DNA of 64,000 nucleotides from Callorhinchus milii (taxonomy: Eukaryota): NCBI RefSeq assembly GCF_018977255.1, contig NW_024704742.1, positions 51,524,001-51,588,000 on the forward strand, given 5' to 3'. Positions 37,237-50,222 of this stretch are shown here, piece after piece; position 1 is the stretch's first letter, and the number at the start of each line of letters is the position of its first letter. A program made the translations under genes and the position numbers. Below the pieces are notes generated by a model. That model did not search any database and was not told where the DNA came from. It saw nothing but the letters and a program-made list of their open reading frames with translations.

Positions 37237-39067
37237 TAAACTCACCACTTGAGTGGAGACAATACATAATAAATGTTGTCAAGAAGTGACCCATGAACAT
37301 TCACCCTCGTGTGCGTGAGTCTGTTTTACATCAATCTTTTAAATTTTCAATCAAGACAATGTATTTGGTTGGTCGACCATAAAGGTTGGCCACCACTGGC
37401 TTAGACTATATGAGTTCCAAGTTTGGTCATGGGGCTTGAACCCACAGCGCTCGGACTCAGAAGCAAGAGTGCTCCGAACAGTAAATCTACTGCATGGGTT
37501 GATCCAAAGGGGCCCATGGTCAGCACGACTCCATTAGTGCAACCATGTTAGCCTTTTTACTCTCTCCAGGTCTCCAGAATGTGTGAACTTATGCAGGAGG
37601 AGAGTCAGAGGCTCCACAAGTGCAGGCCACACTGTAGTGTTCCTTCATTTTTCATTTGTGAGCCTAGACAGTGAGTTTACCTACATAGGTTTATTTGTAT
37701 CTTTAATTCCCTCCTTAGTACAACAACAACAGTTTTCATTTATACAGCACACTTCAACAACAACAACAACTTGCATTTATATGGCGCTCTTCACATGGGA
37801 TAGACTTCTGGAGCGCTTGTTCACACAGGATATCACCTTGGAGTGCTTAAACCCTAGCAATAAACAGCACTAGGGGCACAACCTCATTGGAAGAAAGAAA
37901 TAATTTGGATTTTTATTATGCCTTATTCTATCAAAATGTCCAAAGTGCTTTATAAGTTACTGTCAAGAGTAGTGATTGTTTTCATGGGGATACACACAGC
38001 CATTTTCACACAAGGACCCACAAACAGCCATGAGATGAACGTCCAATGTAGCTAGAACAGCAGGATGGGCTTTGAGAGAGAACTCAACCAGAGGAATGGT
38101 CCTCTAACCTCACAGAGGTTTGCTGGCCTATAAACTATTGTGAAGAAGCCAACCATGAATGTCCTAAGTAGGGCAACTCAGAGGCAGGACATTGGCTCTG
38201 ATGTTGGAGAGCTCTGGCCACATATCTATAAGCTCTCTATGGAGATGATTCAAGGCATTCTATCGCCTACGGTTGCTGTGTTCAATCAAAAAACACAGTT
38301 ACACACATCACTTTACAGTGTTTCCTGTGAAGTGGTTTGAGACATCTCAACAATGAAATAAAGTGCTATCTCAAGGGTAAGGATTATTATATTATAAAGT
38401 CTCAGAATAACAAGACAACTACGCCTCTGTACACAGGATGAGCATGTGACTTCTCTACATTGCCTTATCCAACTCTATAAGCAATAAGCATTTAAACATC
38501 GTACTCTTCATAGTGAACGGAATGAGCAAATGGGCAAACTTGTGAGCAACAGAACATTCTGGTCAGAGAGCAGAAGCTTAGGTGATCTGCTACCATTTTA
38601 CACAGTTTACTGAAACTCCTGAAAATCCTTGGAAAATCTTGCTGTTAATCCCAGGCATCATGTTCTGGCCTGCAAATCCTCTCCCTTAAGAATATCCTGC
38701 ATGAAAGAATACACAGCATTAAAATTCTCAAAACCGTAACTGTTACAGATCAGTGTTCTCTGAAATAGTAGATTCCAGGTAAGTAAGGAGGTACTGATTA
38801 CCTTTATACAATGAATGGTTTCATTGCAGGAATAAATGGATTCGTTCAAAATTATTTGCTAGCTACAGAGATTTCAGTTACTGTCGGTACAACGCCATCC
38901 CTTGTGTTTTGTATTAACTACAGTATTTGCATGTGACATAAATATAGCAAACACTCAGAAAGAAATTAATTAAACAAAATAACTTTGAAAATGATGAATA
39001 CGTGATTCCCTCACAAGAGGAAGCTCGCAACATGTGATCAATCAGAAATTTTCATCAATTACTGAAT

Positions 39068-39422
39068 ATGGAGTTATTAGGGTGGGGTGAGGCCGTGGAG
39101 GGCTTTATAGGTGAGAACCAGGATCTTGAACTGGATCCTCTGAAGGATAGGGAGCCAATGGAGTCGGGCGAGAATGGGGGAGATAGGGTCACGGAGTTTG
39201 GTGCGGGAGAGGACAAGGGCTGCAGAGTTCTGGATTATCTGCAGCCTGTGGAGGGAGGAGTTGGGAAGGCCGACAAGCAGGGCATTTGCATAGTCGAGCC
39301 TGGATGTGATGAAAGCATGAACAAGAGTTTCAACAGCCTGAGGGGTGAGGTAGTAGCAGAGTCAGGCGATTTTACAGAGGTAAGGGAAGGCAGAGCGGTC
39401 ATGGCTTGGATGTGGGGAAGAA
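39068..39422 (-). mobile_element. L2 ORF2 fragment
   Basis: Reverse complement of the 51490-51840 region (LLPHI..RLDY..FKIL). Confidence 0.88.
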
Positions 39423-39427
39423 GGTTG

Positions 39428-39750
39428 GCACAGGTTGGCAAGAGCCAAAGCTTGGAGAACCCAGAGTGTGTGTAGGTGTGTTGCTGGAGTCTAACCAGCT
39501 AAACCGTATAGCTTGCCATTGATATGAGAAAGCTTTCCCTCCGCTTGTCCAACTAGGATCACTGTACCCGTTAGGGCTTTGGCTTGCAATGTTAACAAGA
39601 GCTGAGGGGAATGACTCCCTGTCCCTAGTGATTGGTCAACCCTTCCAGGTCTGGCTGTGCTGTCATCAGCAATGCCCAGAAACCGGACTACCGAGACCAC
39701 CACAGAGGGCTGGCTTGACTCCAAAATTCCATTGCCAAGCATGTCACCCT
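39428..39750 (-). mobile_element. Unclassified non-LTR family fragment
   Basis: ggttggcaagagccaa..gctggagtctaaccagctaaa..ggctttggcttgca..ggactaccgagaccac; collinear with 8675-9040. Confidence 0.8.
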
Positions 39751-41955
39751 TTGCTTTGTGCCAACACGGCATTTAGAAGGTTTGAAGTTAACCTGCATTG
39801 AAAAACTGACAGCTGCATAGTTTTCTCAGTTCAGATATCAGGGTTGAATACATCTCATCACTGACAATGAAAGATTCTTGTGGAGATAAAAGATGCTCAT
39901 TACTATAATGATGTTTCAATTGGCAGTAAATGCAGATCATGAAACCTAGTCAAGAGGGACAAAAATGTCAAGGGTTTATTCCAAACTAATTATCTAAAAG
40001 CAGATGAATACAAGGTATTGTTATTGCTGATGGTTCTACACTTGGGGAGCATCAGATGTACATTCCTTCAGTATTGTGTCATGTTACAAGAGATGGACAT
40101 TTTAATACACCAGGACTGGGGCTGAAAAACAGGACCAGGTACTAATAAAAGCAGGGAGAACAGCTGGCAAATATGTCAATTTGTTTTATTGGGATTTGGT
40201 TAGATCAGAATTTTAATTTATGTTACCATCTTTTGAGCAGTATTTCACCCACAAAATATACAGTGAGTTCACTATACAGTATATTTTGAGACGTCTCAAT
40301 AACAAGATGAGGCGTTATATCTAATGCAAGGATTATTATTATTATTATATAGTATTAGCTGTTGATTTTAAATGACTATAACCCGCTAATAGATTGATTG
40401 CAAAACCAGAAATATTTTAAATGAAGTTATTTTACACTAAGTTTGTTACCATTCTCTGTTGTCACAGCTGCTATTTTTTCTGTCAAATGCACCTTGTTCA
40501 TTCGATAGTATTAATATCTGCCTTAGATTTTATTTAAAGGGTAAATTACATCTTTAGTGGTGAACAGAGATAACAGCAACATTCTATACCTGGTTTATAT
40601 TGCAGATTACGTGAGAACCAGCTCAAACAGGGTCTGAAGCAGCCTGAGGCTCCTGCTACTGGTATACTGACCCATTTACATTGTGTGGCTCAATCAAAAG
40701 CATTGGTGAGAACTTGGAAGCAACTCTATGTGCATGTACACACAACTTACTTTGCTGATCTCTGGGGAAGCTCTGTGCATGCCAGCAGGGCAAACATCAC
40801 ATTACTGGGCTGACAGCTTAGTCTGTCCTCTGCCAGAGGACAAGACAGCTAGAGACCATTATCTTTCCTGCCCAGAGGCTATATTGCCTTGGAGGAGGCA
40901 TAATGAACACTGAATTGGGGTCCTTTTGATGAGTGCCTCCAGTAGCAAACATAGTGCCTCACTTCATTGATATTGCAGCACTATCAGCAGCAAAGCTCTG
41001 TAATATATACAGCATTAATTGTTTTTTACAATTCCATGTGAGGGTTAGTCTGGTTTGGCGATTGAAATGTGATAATGTAGAGATAGTTTCTGAGACCTAT
41101 GGTAGGTTTGAAATGACTCAATATGCTGAGAACAATCTGTGCATCAAGCAAAACAATTGATTATATTTAGACAAGAACTGGCTGGTTTAAGGCATTTGGT
41201 TGAAGACAGAGGGATGCACTTAATTTAACTCTGGATTGATTTCCTGAGGAGTCAATAAATTCATTTCCATCTCTCATCTCTGATTTCTTTCGGATCTTTG
41301 TTTAAAATATAAACTTTTACCAGTTATTTTTGTTTTCTCACTAATTAACAAATGCTTGTTAGAGTAAAGATATGCAAAGCTAGAAAGTAAATGGTATTCT
41401 GTCAGATGGGATCTTGTAGAGTTAAGAAAAATGTTAAATAGGACAGGGAATAATAGCTTCAGATGTGCCAAGGAAGAAAGTTCTACTTGTGAAAGACAAT
41501 TTTAGGTCAAACAGTAAGAAGTATTTTTGTTACACACAAAAGCTAATCAATTGGACAGATTACCAAGAAGTGGATTCATTTAAGAACCAGCTTGATGCTG
41601 TAATGGGAAGATGTTAGGGTGGGTATTCTGGAAGGTTAAGTTGAAATGGGCTGAAAGGCCTTCTTCAATTGTACTACTAATTCATTATAAATTTCGATAA
41701 GGAATTATTTGTAAAAACTGTTTGCGAGCACATTGGCAGGGGAACGACATGAATTTCACTTTATGAGTGCAACTTCCACTCACCAAAATATATTTTCAGC
41801 ATTTGTTCCAGAATTTTGCAGTACGATTTCACTGACGTTTGTGTATTAGCTGCTTGATGTAGATCTGGTCGATGGTGAGGAAGATCTTGGCGATGGCTTG
41901 TCATATGAAGCACTAATGAGACTAATGGTCCCACCTGCAACCTGTCACTTCATTA

Positions 41956-42099
41956 TAGTCTGAGGTTCATTTATAAAGCGGTTACACTATGGATCCTAGG
42001 GATCAAGTCGGGCCCAGGCAAACTCACTATCAGGCCTCGCTATAAGAGTGAGTTGGTAATTTATGGATCCCAAACGCGTGTTGTAACAAAGCTCCACTA
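41956..42099. mobile_element. Degenerate Tigger/pogo-like MITE
   Basis: TA|tagtctgaggttcatttataa .. ttgtaacaaagctccacta|TA; internal ctcgctataa and ggatcc motifs. Confidence 0.4.
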
Positions 42100-42499
42100 T
42101 AGCACTGGTCTGTTCTGCAGGTTCAGGGCCTGACTCTGAGTCAGATTGTTTCTGCATAGGAATGATTTGAATCAATGGTGAAAAGCAGCTGAGTTGGAGT
42201 GGTTGACCTGGCAACATTCCACTTATGAACAGACATCTTGACGTCATTATGGTAGTTACTCAATGACATCAATATGTTCTCACATTTGAGATGTCATTTA
42301 CCCCTGGTCTTCTCAAGCTTAGAGACCATACAGAATACTGGCTGCTCTATCATGCCAGATGTTGGGACTCCAGAACTGTAATATAAAATCTATTAGGTGT
42401 TATTAAGAGATTACCGTAAATCAAATGGGCTGAAGGGTCTTCTTCATTTGTACTTCTTCGGCTAACTTATAGCCTCAGTATTAGTCAATGTGCCTTCTT

Positions 42500-43085
42500 A
42501 AAAGAAGTGATGTTAAATACATACAAGATGTTGGTTAGGCTGCAGTTCAGAATACTGCATGCAGTTCTAGGACCCAGTTACAGAAAGGATATCAGAGTCA
42601 TGGAGAGGATACAGAATAGGTTCACAGAGAAGATGACAACAGGAATGAAGCCTGTAGTTATTATGAGAGGCTCAAAATTGAGACTGTTTACCTTGGAACA
42701 GAGAAGGTTAAAAGGTGATCTTACAGAGAGCTTCAAAATTCTGAATTGATTGAGAGGATAGATGGTGAAAAAAAATTCCAGCTTGTTGGTATAACAGTAG
42801 CTGGGAAAAGGGCATAAATTCAGAATTGTCACTGGAAAAATTATTAGGGAAGTTAGAAGCAATCTTTTTGTGCAGAAGGTTGTTAGAATATGGAATATTT
42901 TGTCACAAGCAGACAATGTTGTTTGTTTCAAGAACAGGTAAATAGATTTCTGCCAGAAAATAAAATCTCGGGATATAGTATTTGGTTTGGGACAGGACGT
43001 GACAAGTGACTGCCAGGATGGTGGAAGGAAAACCAGATGGACCTTGGCCTTCTTTTGGCCAGCAAATTCTTATGTTCTTGTGTCT
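42500..43085 (+). mobile_element. Old CR1 3' end
   Basis: YKMLVR..YRKDI..RIQNRFT..LFTLEQRRLKGDL; tail ttcttatgttctt. Confidence 0.88.
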
Positions 43086-43967
43086 TAAGTATCTATTGAG
43101 ACATAATAACAAAAAGGCACTGGATAAACATTTGGAGTTGCAATATAAAAGGGTATGAAGGAAGGGTAGAGCATTAGAGTCATTGGCTCCAGTGATTTAT
43201 CAGCAGAAATTCAGTGAATCTTCTCCGTTGCTGTAATTCCTACAATTCTGTAATTGAACAGGTTCACGATGATGGCGACATATTCTGTTACTCTGTGCAT
43301 TTTGCTTACTTTGGATTCTAGGCAGATACTAGAGGGGATGATTTCTACTATAGTAAATTGCTGGGCTGTGAATCAAAGGATTGTATAGTGGGATAGAGTC
43401 AATTTAGAATTGTGTACATTGTGAGACTGTGTGGTCAATCAATGTCCTGCTGTGTGTTTAGGGAGTCTATAGGCAATATTCACACATCACTCTCTGGTGA
43501 CATTTACCCTATGCAAAGGGAAATAGGAAAGAAAAAAATAACTGAAGCACTTCTGATGCACTAATGCCTACTAAAATGGCATTAAAGGAACACACTATAA
43601 CCCTTGTTGCCATTAGTTTGGGCAGACTCAGACACCTTGCTCTGAATCTGGATCCATTTGGTTGAGGAGGATGACCTTTCTATGTGTAGAGGATGTAGAG
43701 GATGAAGAGATAACCATAATTAGAAGCACTTCATGTGACATGCAATGCAATACTAAACAGAGTGAGGAAGGTTTATTTCTCCACCCTATTGACCTACCTT
43801 TTTGAAGCTCTGGGTTACTGATCTCTGATGTTCCAACTTCCAAGAGAAATTAGCACAAAAGGCAACAACATTTCTAAAGCTAACAAGCGGAACAAAAAGA
43901 TAATATTGGTGAAATGTAATTGCCTTGGGAACTGACAAACATTTTAATGATAAATTGTTTTCACATT

Positions 43968-44301
43968 AATTTTCACGTCTTCTAGACATCTCAAAGCACT
44001 TCACAGAATGTACTGTAAAGCGAATTGACTGTATATTTGTGGGCAAAACGCAGCAGCCAATTGCACACAGCAGTGTTCGATAAACAGTCGTGGATTGAGT
44101 GACCAAATTATTATTGTTTTTTGGAAGCATTACTATTCCTGGAGAAGCAATCTGCCAATCGACTAACAACCAGGGTCCTACTTACCGCTGGATAAACGTG
44201 TGGAGTAAGGAAGCTTGCTCAACATTTCGCCCTGCTGGGAATAGAAACCCAGGTCTCTCGCTTGCAAGGCAAGTGCTCTAACCATTGAGCTACAGGACTC
44301 C
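43968..44301 (-). mobile_element. tRNA-SINE lacking its terminal (att)n tail
   Basis: Head intact (tgagctacaggactcc); the 3' end stops inside the stem at ttttcacgtc. Confidence 0.9.
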
Positions 44302-44984
44302 ATGTAGCTCAGAGGATGAAGCGATAACCATAATTAAGAACACTTCATGTGACATGCAATGTAATACTAAACAGGGTGAGGAAGGTCTATTTCTCCACTC
44401 TGTTGACCTTTCTTTTTGAAGCTCTGTCTTATCTTTTATTTTTTGTATAGTTATTCATCTTAGTTACACCCATGTTCATAACATCCAACACTTACACCTA
44501 TCAAAATATATAACATCAAAATACATGCAAAGCTATTCTCAGCTAGATCTTGGACAAGTTCTTTTTGATGGGGTTCATAGTATTCAGTTGCTTTTGTTGG
44601 TAGATATGCAGAACATACCTCCAACAAAAGTAATGCAGTTGAATGTTGAACCCTAAAAACATTAGGCTGCAACATTCAAAACTCTAGTCTCACTTGAGTC
44701 ACGTTAATTTTAAAGCTACAATTTGACCCAGTTAAATGGATTGTATTATTATACAGCAGCCGGTCAGCAATTTCATCTCTCTGATGTCATGCTGTCCCTC
44801 TGCACACATAAAGCTGGCCAGTCCGTGTCAAAAGTGTACTGCACTTCTGATATACTGCAGGTCTAGCGGTGTGCCCACAATATATACAGACCCACTGTAA
44901 ACTGAAATATGTTGGAAATTGCACTGTATGTTCTCCAGTTAAGTTAAATTAACAGACAGCAGCTCCAAATACCAGATATGGATG

Positions 44985-45135
44985 ACTTTTTGGGGTGTCT
45001 GACACATGCAGAAACCCATCATCATGCTTATCCAAACCAAAGAGTATCCAAACTAAACTGAGATGTCTATGCATCCCACTTACACATGGAAATACCAGAG
45101 ATAGATTGTTGGAATGGAATGCCACTCTCTCCCTT
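44985..45135 (-). mobile_element. 3' terminus of the unclassified non-LTR family
   Basis: tctgacacatg..aaacccatcatcatgctta..agagatagattgttggaatggaatgc; same as 8505-8630. Confidence 0.8.
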
Positions 45136-46454
45136 GAACAACCTCTGACCCGGAGGAGAGAGTGCAACCAACTGAGCGTTTATTAAATTCCCTTTTAATC
45201 CCTGTTAAAGATTTGGCAATCAAGTAGTAGATTTTTACCATAAGCCACCATTCCTCATTTTTTTATTACCAGAAATTTTATTTTTTGAGCGAGGAATAGA
45301 ATGAAGAAAATGAAAAAGGGAGAAAATAACCAAAAATGCAGTGATCTGAAAATGTAGAGCTCGTAACAAAAATAAAGTACAATAATGTCCGTGGGCAGTT
45401 TTAGGTTTAACTGTTGCAGAGAATTGGAATGGAATGCACTTGGGGAGCAATCTTGTACTGATTCTCTCAACCACATTTATCAACAATTGATCGCAATGGC
45501 ACTACTATGTTGGTCTGGACAATATTTAAGGTGTAATCTCCAACACAAATTACTTTCTTCAGGTTGACTGCAGCTTTAAACTGCAGAGGCAAATCAATAT
45601 GGCAAAACAGGAAAACCTGACCCTAACAACAAATTAAAATGCCTTTTGAGAAGAGTTACATTATTTCATAAAGTGTTAGAAAGCGGTGGCAGTATTTAAC
45701 TTGACTTTGAAAACACTAGTTATATTGTCCCCCCCAAATTTAAGAAAATAACTTTTTTGTAAACTCATACCTATCAGTGCATGTTCTACAAGACAGGTAC
45801 CAAGTCATTAACGTGATACTCAAATATATTCCAGATTTCCAGCATTTGCATATGCAAGATTTAAATGAAAAGCTGCCGTCATTATGATTAATTAATCAAC
45901 AGCAAAAAGCAGAGGCAACAGTAAAGATAATGTAATTTTTCAAATCCAAATAATTTAGCGCATGATTAAGGTAATTTGTACAATCTGCTCCTATCGATGC
46001 ATAAATCAAGATTCAGCCACAACATGAGAGGAACAAGCTTTATCGTTGAGCGAAGTACAGTAAATAATTGCAAGTTGCAGGTTTCATCTTAATTTGGATT
46101 GCATTGGCATTGTTGGATGACTGCTCCAAGCTATTTATAGGCAAAAGTATTGTGAAGAAGCTTTTAAATGTTTTATGCAGTGTCCAAATAATTTATGGAA
46201 AGGAATCAAACACTCAGATTAAATTGGAATGACTGGCACATAAAAGGTGTGGAAAAACAAGCAAAGGAAAGAACAAATTGAAAAAAAATTGAAAAGAGAA
46301 AATATCAAAAAAGTGAAGTAAAAATATATTGAGATAAAATTTTGGCATTATAACACAAAATGTTATAATTCATCACTAATGGCCAATCTCAATTGGAGGA
46401 GGTATTCTGTTCCATTACAAAAACTTCCGGGAACCAAAAGAGCTTCATTCTCCA

Positions 46455-46660
46455 CTATAATAATCCCTCCAAAACAAAAAATTTCATTTTCAATCCACGA
46501 TTATTTGTGGGACACTGCTGTGCATAATTGGCTGCCGCGTTACACCCACAAATATACGGTCAATTCACTTTACAGTATATTCTGTGAAGCTCATTGAGAC
46601 ATCTAGAAGACGTGAAAAGCCCTATATCAAATGCAAGGATTATTATTAATATTATTATTT
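46455..46660 (+). mobile_element. tRNA-SINE 3' half
   Basis: taatccctccaaaac..ctagaagacgtgaaaagc..ggattattatt. Confidence 0.9.
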
Positions 46661-47077
46661 AAAAAATTTTAATGGAACTTTAAATAAATCAATTGAGATA
46701 TCAATTAAAGAGAGAATGAATGTAAATCGAAAGATTGAAAGTTAATGAGAGAACAAAACAAATTAAATGCAGGAACTGGGCCTAGAAAGGTGAGACCATT
46801 TGGGCTTACATTATGAGTATTTCAGCTTTGTTTGACATGCCTACTCTTGAAGTGATTATTTGATCATCAATAAATTCAGACTAAGGTGAATCAGTTCACC
46901 TCACTGACCAATAAATTGATCAACCTTGCCAGTGCAAACTTGACAAAGGGAAAGTCCATGAGACATTGTGGTTGCCTTTGTCCCTGCGGAGAATCAAATG
47001 CATTTATTTGCCAAAGTGACTAGATCGGCAAATCGCCACTTTCTATCCAGGATTAACTGGCATTGGATGTCATTTTT

Positions 47078-47368
47078 GGTGTCTGTAGCTCAGTGGTTAG
47101 AGCGCTTGCTTTGCAAGCGCGGGATCTGGGTTCGATTCCCGGCAAGTTTTGTTACTCCACATAATAATCGCACAACAAAAACAATAATAAATTGGTCATT
47201 TCAATCCATGACTGTTAGTGGGACACTGCTGTGCACAATAGCTGCCGCATTTCGCCCACAAATATACAGTCAATTCACTTTACAGTCTATTCTGTGAAGC
47301 GCTTTGAGACATCTAGAAGATGTGAAAAGCGCTATATCAAATGCAAGGATTATTATTATTATTATTAT
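47078..47368 (+). mobile_element. Short tRNA-Ala-headed SINE with intact A and B boxes
   Basis: tagctcagtggttagagc, ttTGCaa loop, ggttcgattcc, followed directly by SINE body and (att)n. Confidence 0.92.
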
Positions 47369-47940
47369 CTTCAATGCAGTGAAAGTGAAATCAAAAACCA
47401 GTGATTGACTCGTTTGGTTTATTTTGTGCAGCTCATGCACAACTTGACTGGATAGCTCCAGCATAATCTACAATTGTCCAGAATTTAAAATGTAGCACAA
47501 ATAAAAACAAGAGTTGTCAAAAGCTTTTAAGAATCAACCTTGCATTGTGTCCCTGGCTGTACAGAGTGTCAAGCAGTACAATAGTTTGTATTAACTGGTA
47601 TACTATGCCCAAATCTCTTTAAATCCCTGCCTCAATCCATCCAGCTTGCCCCATCTTTGCCCATTTTTTAATCACACCTGAAGACTCTCCTCTTCAACCA
47701 TGCCTTTGGTCACCACTTCTCTCTTTCCAGTTCAGTGTCAAACAACACCATTATTAATCACTCACAATACTCTCAGGCAGAGCACTATATAAATGCAAGT
47801 TTGTTGTTGCTGTGTTATAAATAACCTTGAATTAAAACTTGATGGGAGAAATAATAATTTCTTTGCAACCTGGGCAGAAACCTGGGATGTTTGTTCCCAG
47901 GTCATTGTTGACTCATGGGTGGAAATTATTGCTATTACTA

Positions 47941-48120
47941 TCATAGAATTACAAAGAATATACAGCACAGAAACAGACTATTTGGCCCAACTGGTCTATG
48001 CCGGTGTTTATGCTCCTCATGAGCCTCCTCCTGCCCTTCCTCAACTAAACCTAGCAGCAAAACCTTCTATTCCTTTCTCCCTCATGTACCTATTTAGCTT
48101 CCCCTTAAATGCATCTATAC
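47941..48120 (-). mobile_element. CR1 3' tail
   Basis: catagaat..tacagcacagaaacag..tttggccca..ttccccttaaatgcatctat. Confidence 0.75.
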
Positions 48121-49674
48121 TATGGAAGGAAGGATCTATTTATCATGGAAAGATAAAAGTCACAGTGATGTAACTATGGGGCAAAATTTGCAGTTTTCCT
48201 TGAAATGATCCTCACTTAATTAGTGCCTTTGGTGTCAGGATGGTGTCTGAAACATTTCATATTGTAATGTGTACTAATTGTGTATTTCATAGGTGAACTC
48301 AGCAGTCAATTTACCCAGGCATTTTGAGACGTCTCAACGACCTGATATAATGCACTATATCAAATACAAGGATTATTATCATCATCAACATTTTGCAGCC
48401 CCATTTGATTGACAGCTGACTGATCACAGATATTATTGATGGTGCCATGGAGCTGTTTACTGTTCACAACTTCAACCCTAAAGTCAATTGAAGTGAGGAG
48501 CTGCAAAGGAATGAGAACTGGGAGAGGAATCTTTGTTTTCGTAAACAATTATATAAGTTTCAGATTTGTGTCAATTAAAATATTTAATAATACTTTCCTG
48601 AAAATGCATTTTACAGAACTTCATCAAAAGCTGCAGCTGATACAAATCTAAAGGAATTAATAACTAAATGTTCTTCCACTAAACTTAACAGCATGATCTC
48701 TGTCTAATGAAAAATATATTCACTCAAATAGCCAATTCAGAACAAGTTATAATAAGAGAAATGGCACATAAGTGTACTAAATGTGTAGGCAATAGGCCAA
48801 CGGCTATCAACATCTCAGTGCTTTAAGTCTCTTGACTGCTTTAATCATGTATGGACTGAGTCATTTAATATATATATGTGTTCTGATGTTTTAATGACTG
48901 TAATGCAATTTAATGAATCAATCAGCTCTTTATAGTTTTGTTGGAAGAAACCATATTGTTACTGCCTTCCCTCCCCCCCCCTCATCTGGCAGGTGAGAGT
49001 AATCCAGGGAATAGACATTTGAGCACTGCCTTAAGTGCTCTGCATTCCATAAACAGAGGGAGCATTTGCAACAAGGAAACCAAACCATCTCAAGTGTTCT
49101 TCTCATGGGGTGGAGCACTCAGTTTCTACAAGGCACTAGTCCCAGGAGCTTAGCCAAAAAAGGATTTGAATGGCAGCCGCCTTGGGACTCTAATCCACCA
49201 CCATATGTTTGGCAAAGAAGAGCTCTATAAAGTTGCTGTTCAAAGCAAAACATTTCTTTTGAAGGAAAAGATCAATCTAATCAGTTAGCAATGATCTACC
49301 AATGCAAAACACTTTATATTAAGTCTGTTCACTATTGGTGCATTACCTCAAAACACTAACTTTTTTATTCAAATGTTTGAGTTTCGCGATTTCACCAATG
49401 AATAAATATTTGTGAACCTATTATGAAGTGCTCTCAGTGTACTAGTTCGAATGGTGCTTATTTGAGAATAATCTCAAATTCCAAACATCAAGATGGAGGA
49501 ACAAGGTAACATTAGGCCTGAAAAGCATTTGTTGGGAAAATGAAAACATAAATGGTCCTGGAAAAAGCATATAAAGTAACTCTTGCTCAGGAAACCCCAA
49601 GTACATCACACCAACTCATGAGAAGCGTATGAACAAATTAATATTAATTCTAATATTGTACATTTTGTGTATCA

Positions 49675-49890
49675 ACCTGGCTCAAGTGGTAGAACTCTCG
49701 CCGCTGAATCAGAGGTTTGTGGGTTCAAGCCCTTCATTGGGCCTTGAACTCACATAATCTAAACTGATACTCCAATGAAGTGGGTGGGGGTAGGGGATTG
49801 CACTGTCAAAGGTGCTGTCCTATGAATCAAACATTAACCACCTGCCATTTTGGGTGAATGTTAAAAATCCAATGGCCTATTCAAAAAAAT
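49675..49890 (+). mobile_element. Deu-SINE 5' portion
   Basis: ctggctcaagtggtagaactctcgcc..gggttcaagccc..ctgatactcca. Confidence 0.8.
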
Positions 49891-50000
49891 CCACTTGCTA
49901 TTGCTGTCAATTGCTCCTTAATAATCTTTAACAAGGCTTTAACAAGCCAAATTGGCTTATTCCTTTGTTTTATTGGAAATATTAACAGCTGTTTCTGAGT

Positions 50001-50222
50001 ACAACAACAACAAGATTTCATTTATAGAGCGCCTTTCACGTCGGGAGGACGTCCCAAGGCGCTGGACAGTTGGGTCAGGATCCGAGTAGGGGGGAAATGG
50101 TCAGGGTGAGGGGAGGGAAGGGAGGGAGTGAGGAGGGGGGAAATGGTCAGGGTGAGGGGAGGGAGGGAGCGAGGAGCGGGTGGAGAGTCAAGAGGGGAGC
50201 TGACGGCACGGTCAAAGAGAAG
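50001..50222 (-). mobile_element. Young L2 3' UTR and tail
   Basis: (caa)n + stem-loop + duplicated G-rich unit, as at 52081-52170. Confidence 0.92.

Noticed and set aside
38991..39065. C/D box snoRNA (ATGATGA..CTGA)
   Set aside because: No terminal stem and no recognisable rRNA guide.
41996..42247. 83-aa minus-strand ORF
   Set aside because: No recognisable motif; partly overlaps a probable MITE.
47078..47150. tRNA-Ala gene
   Set aside because: No 3' acceptor stem; runs directly into the SINE body.
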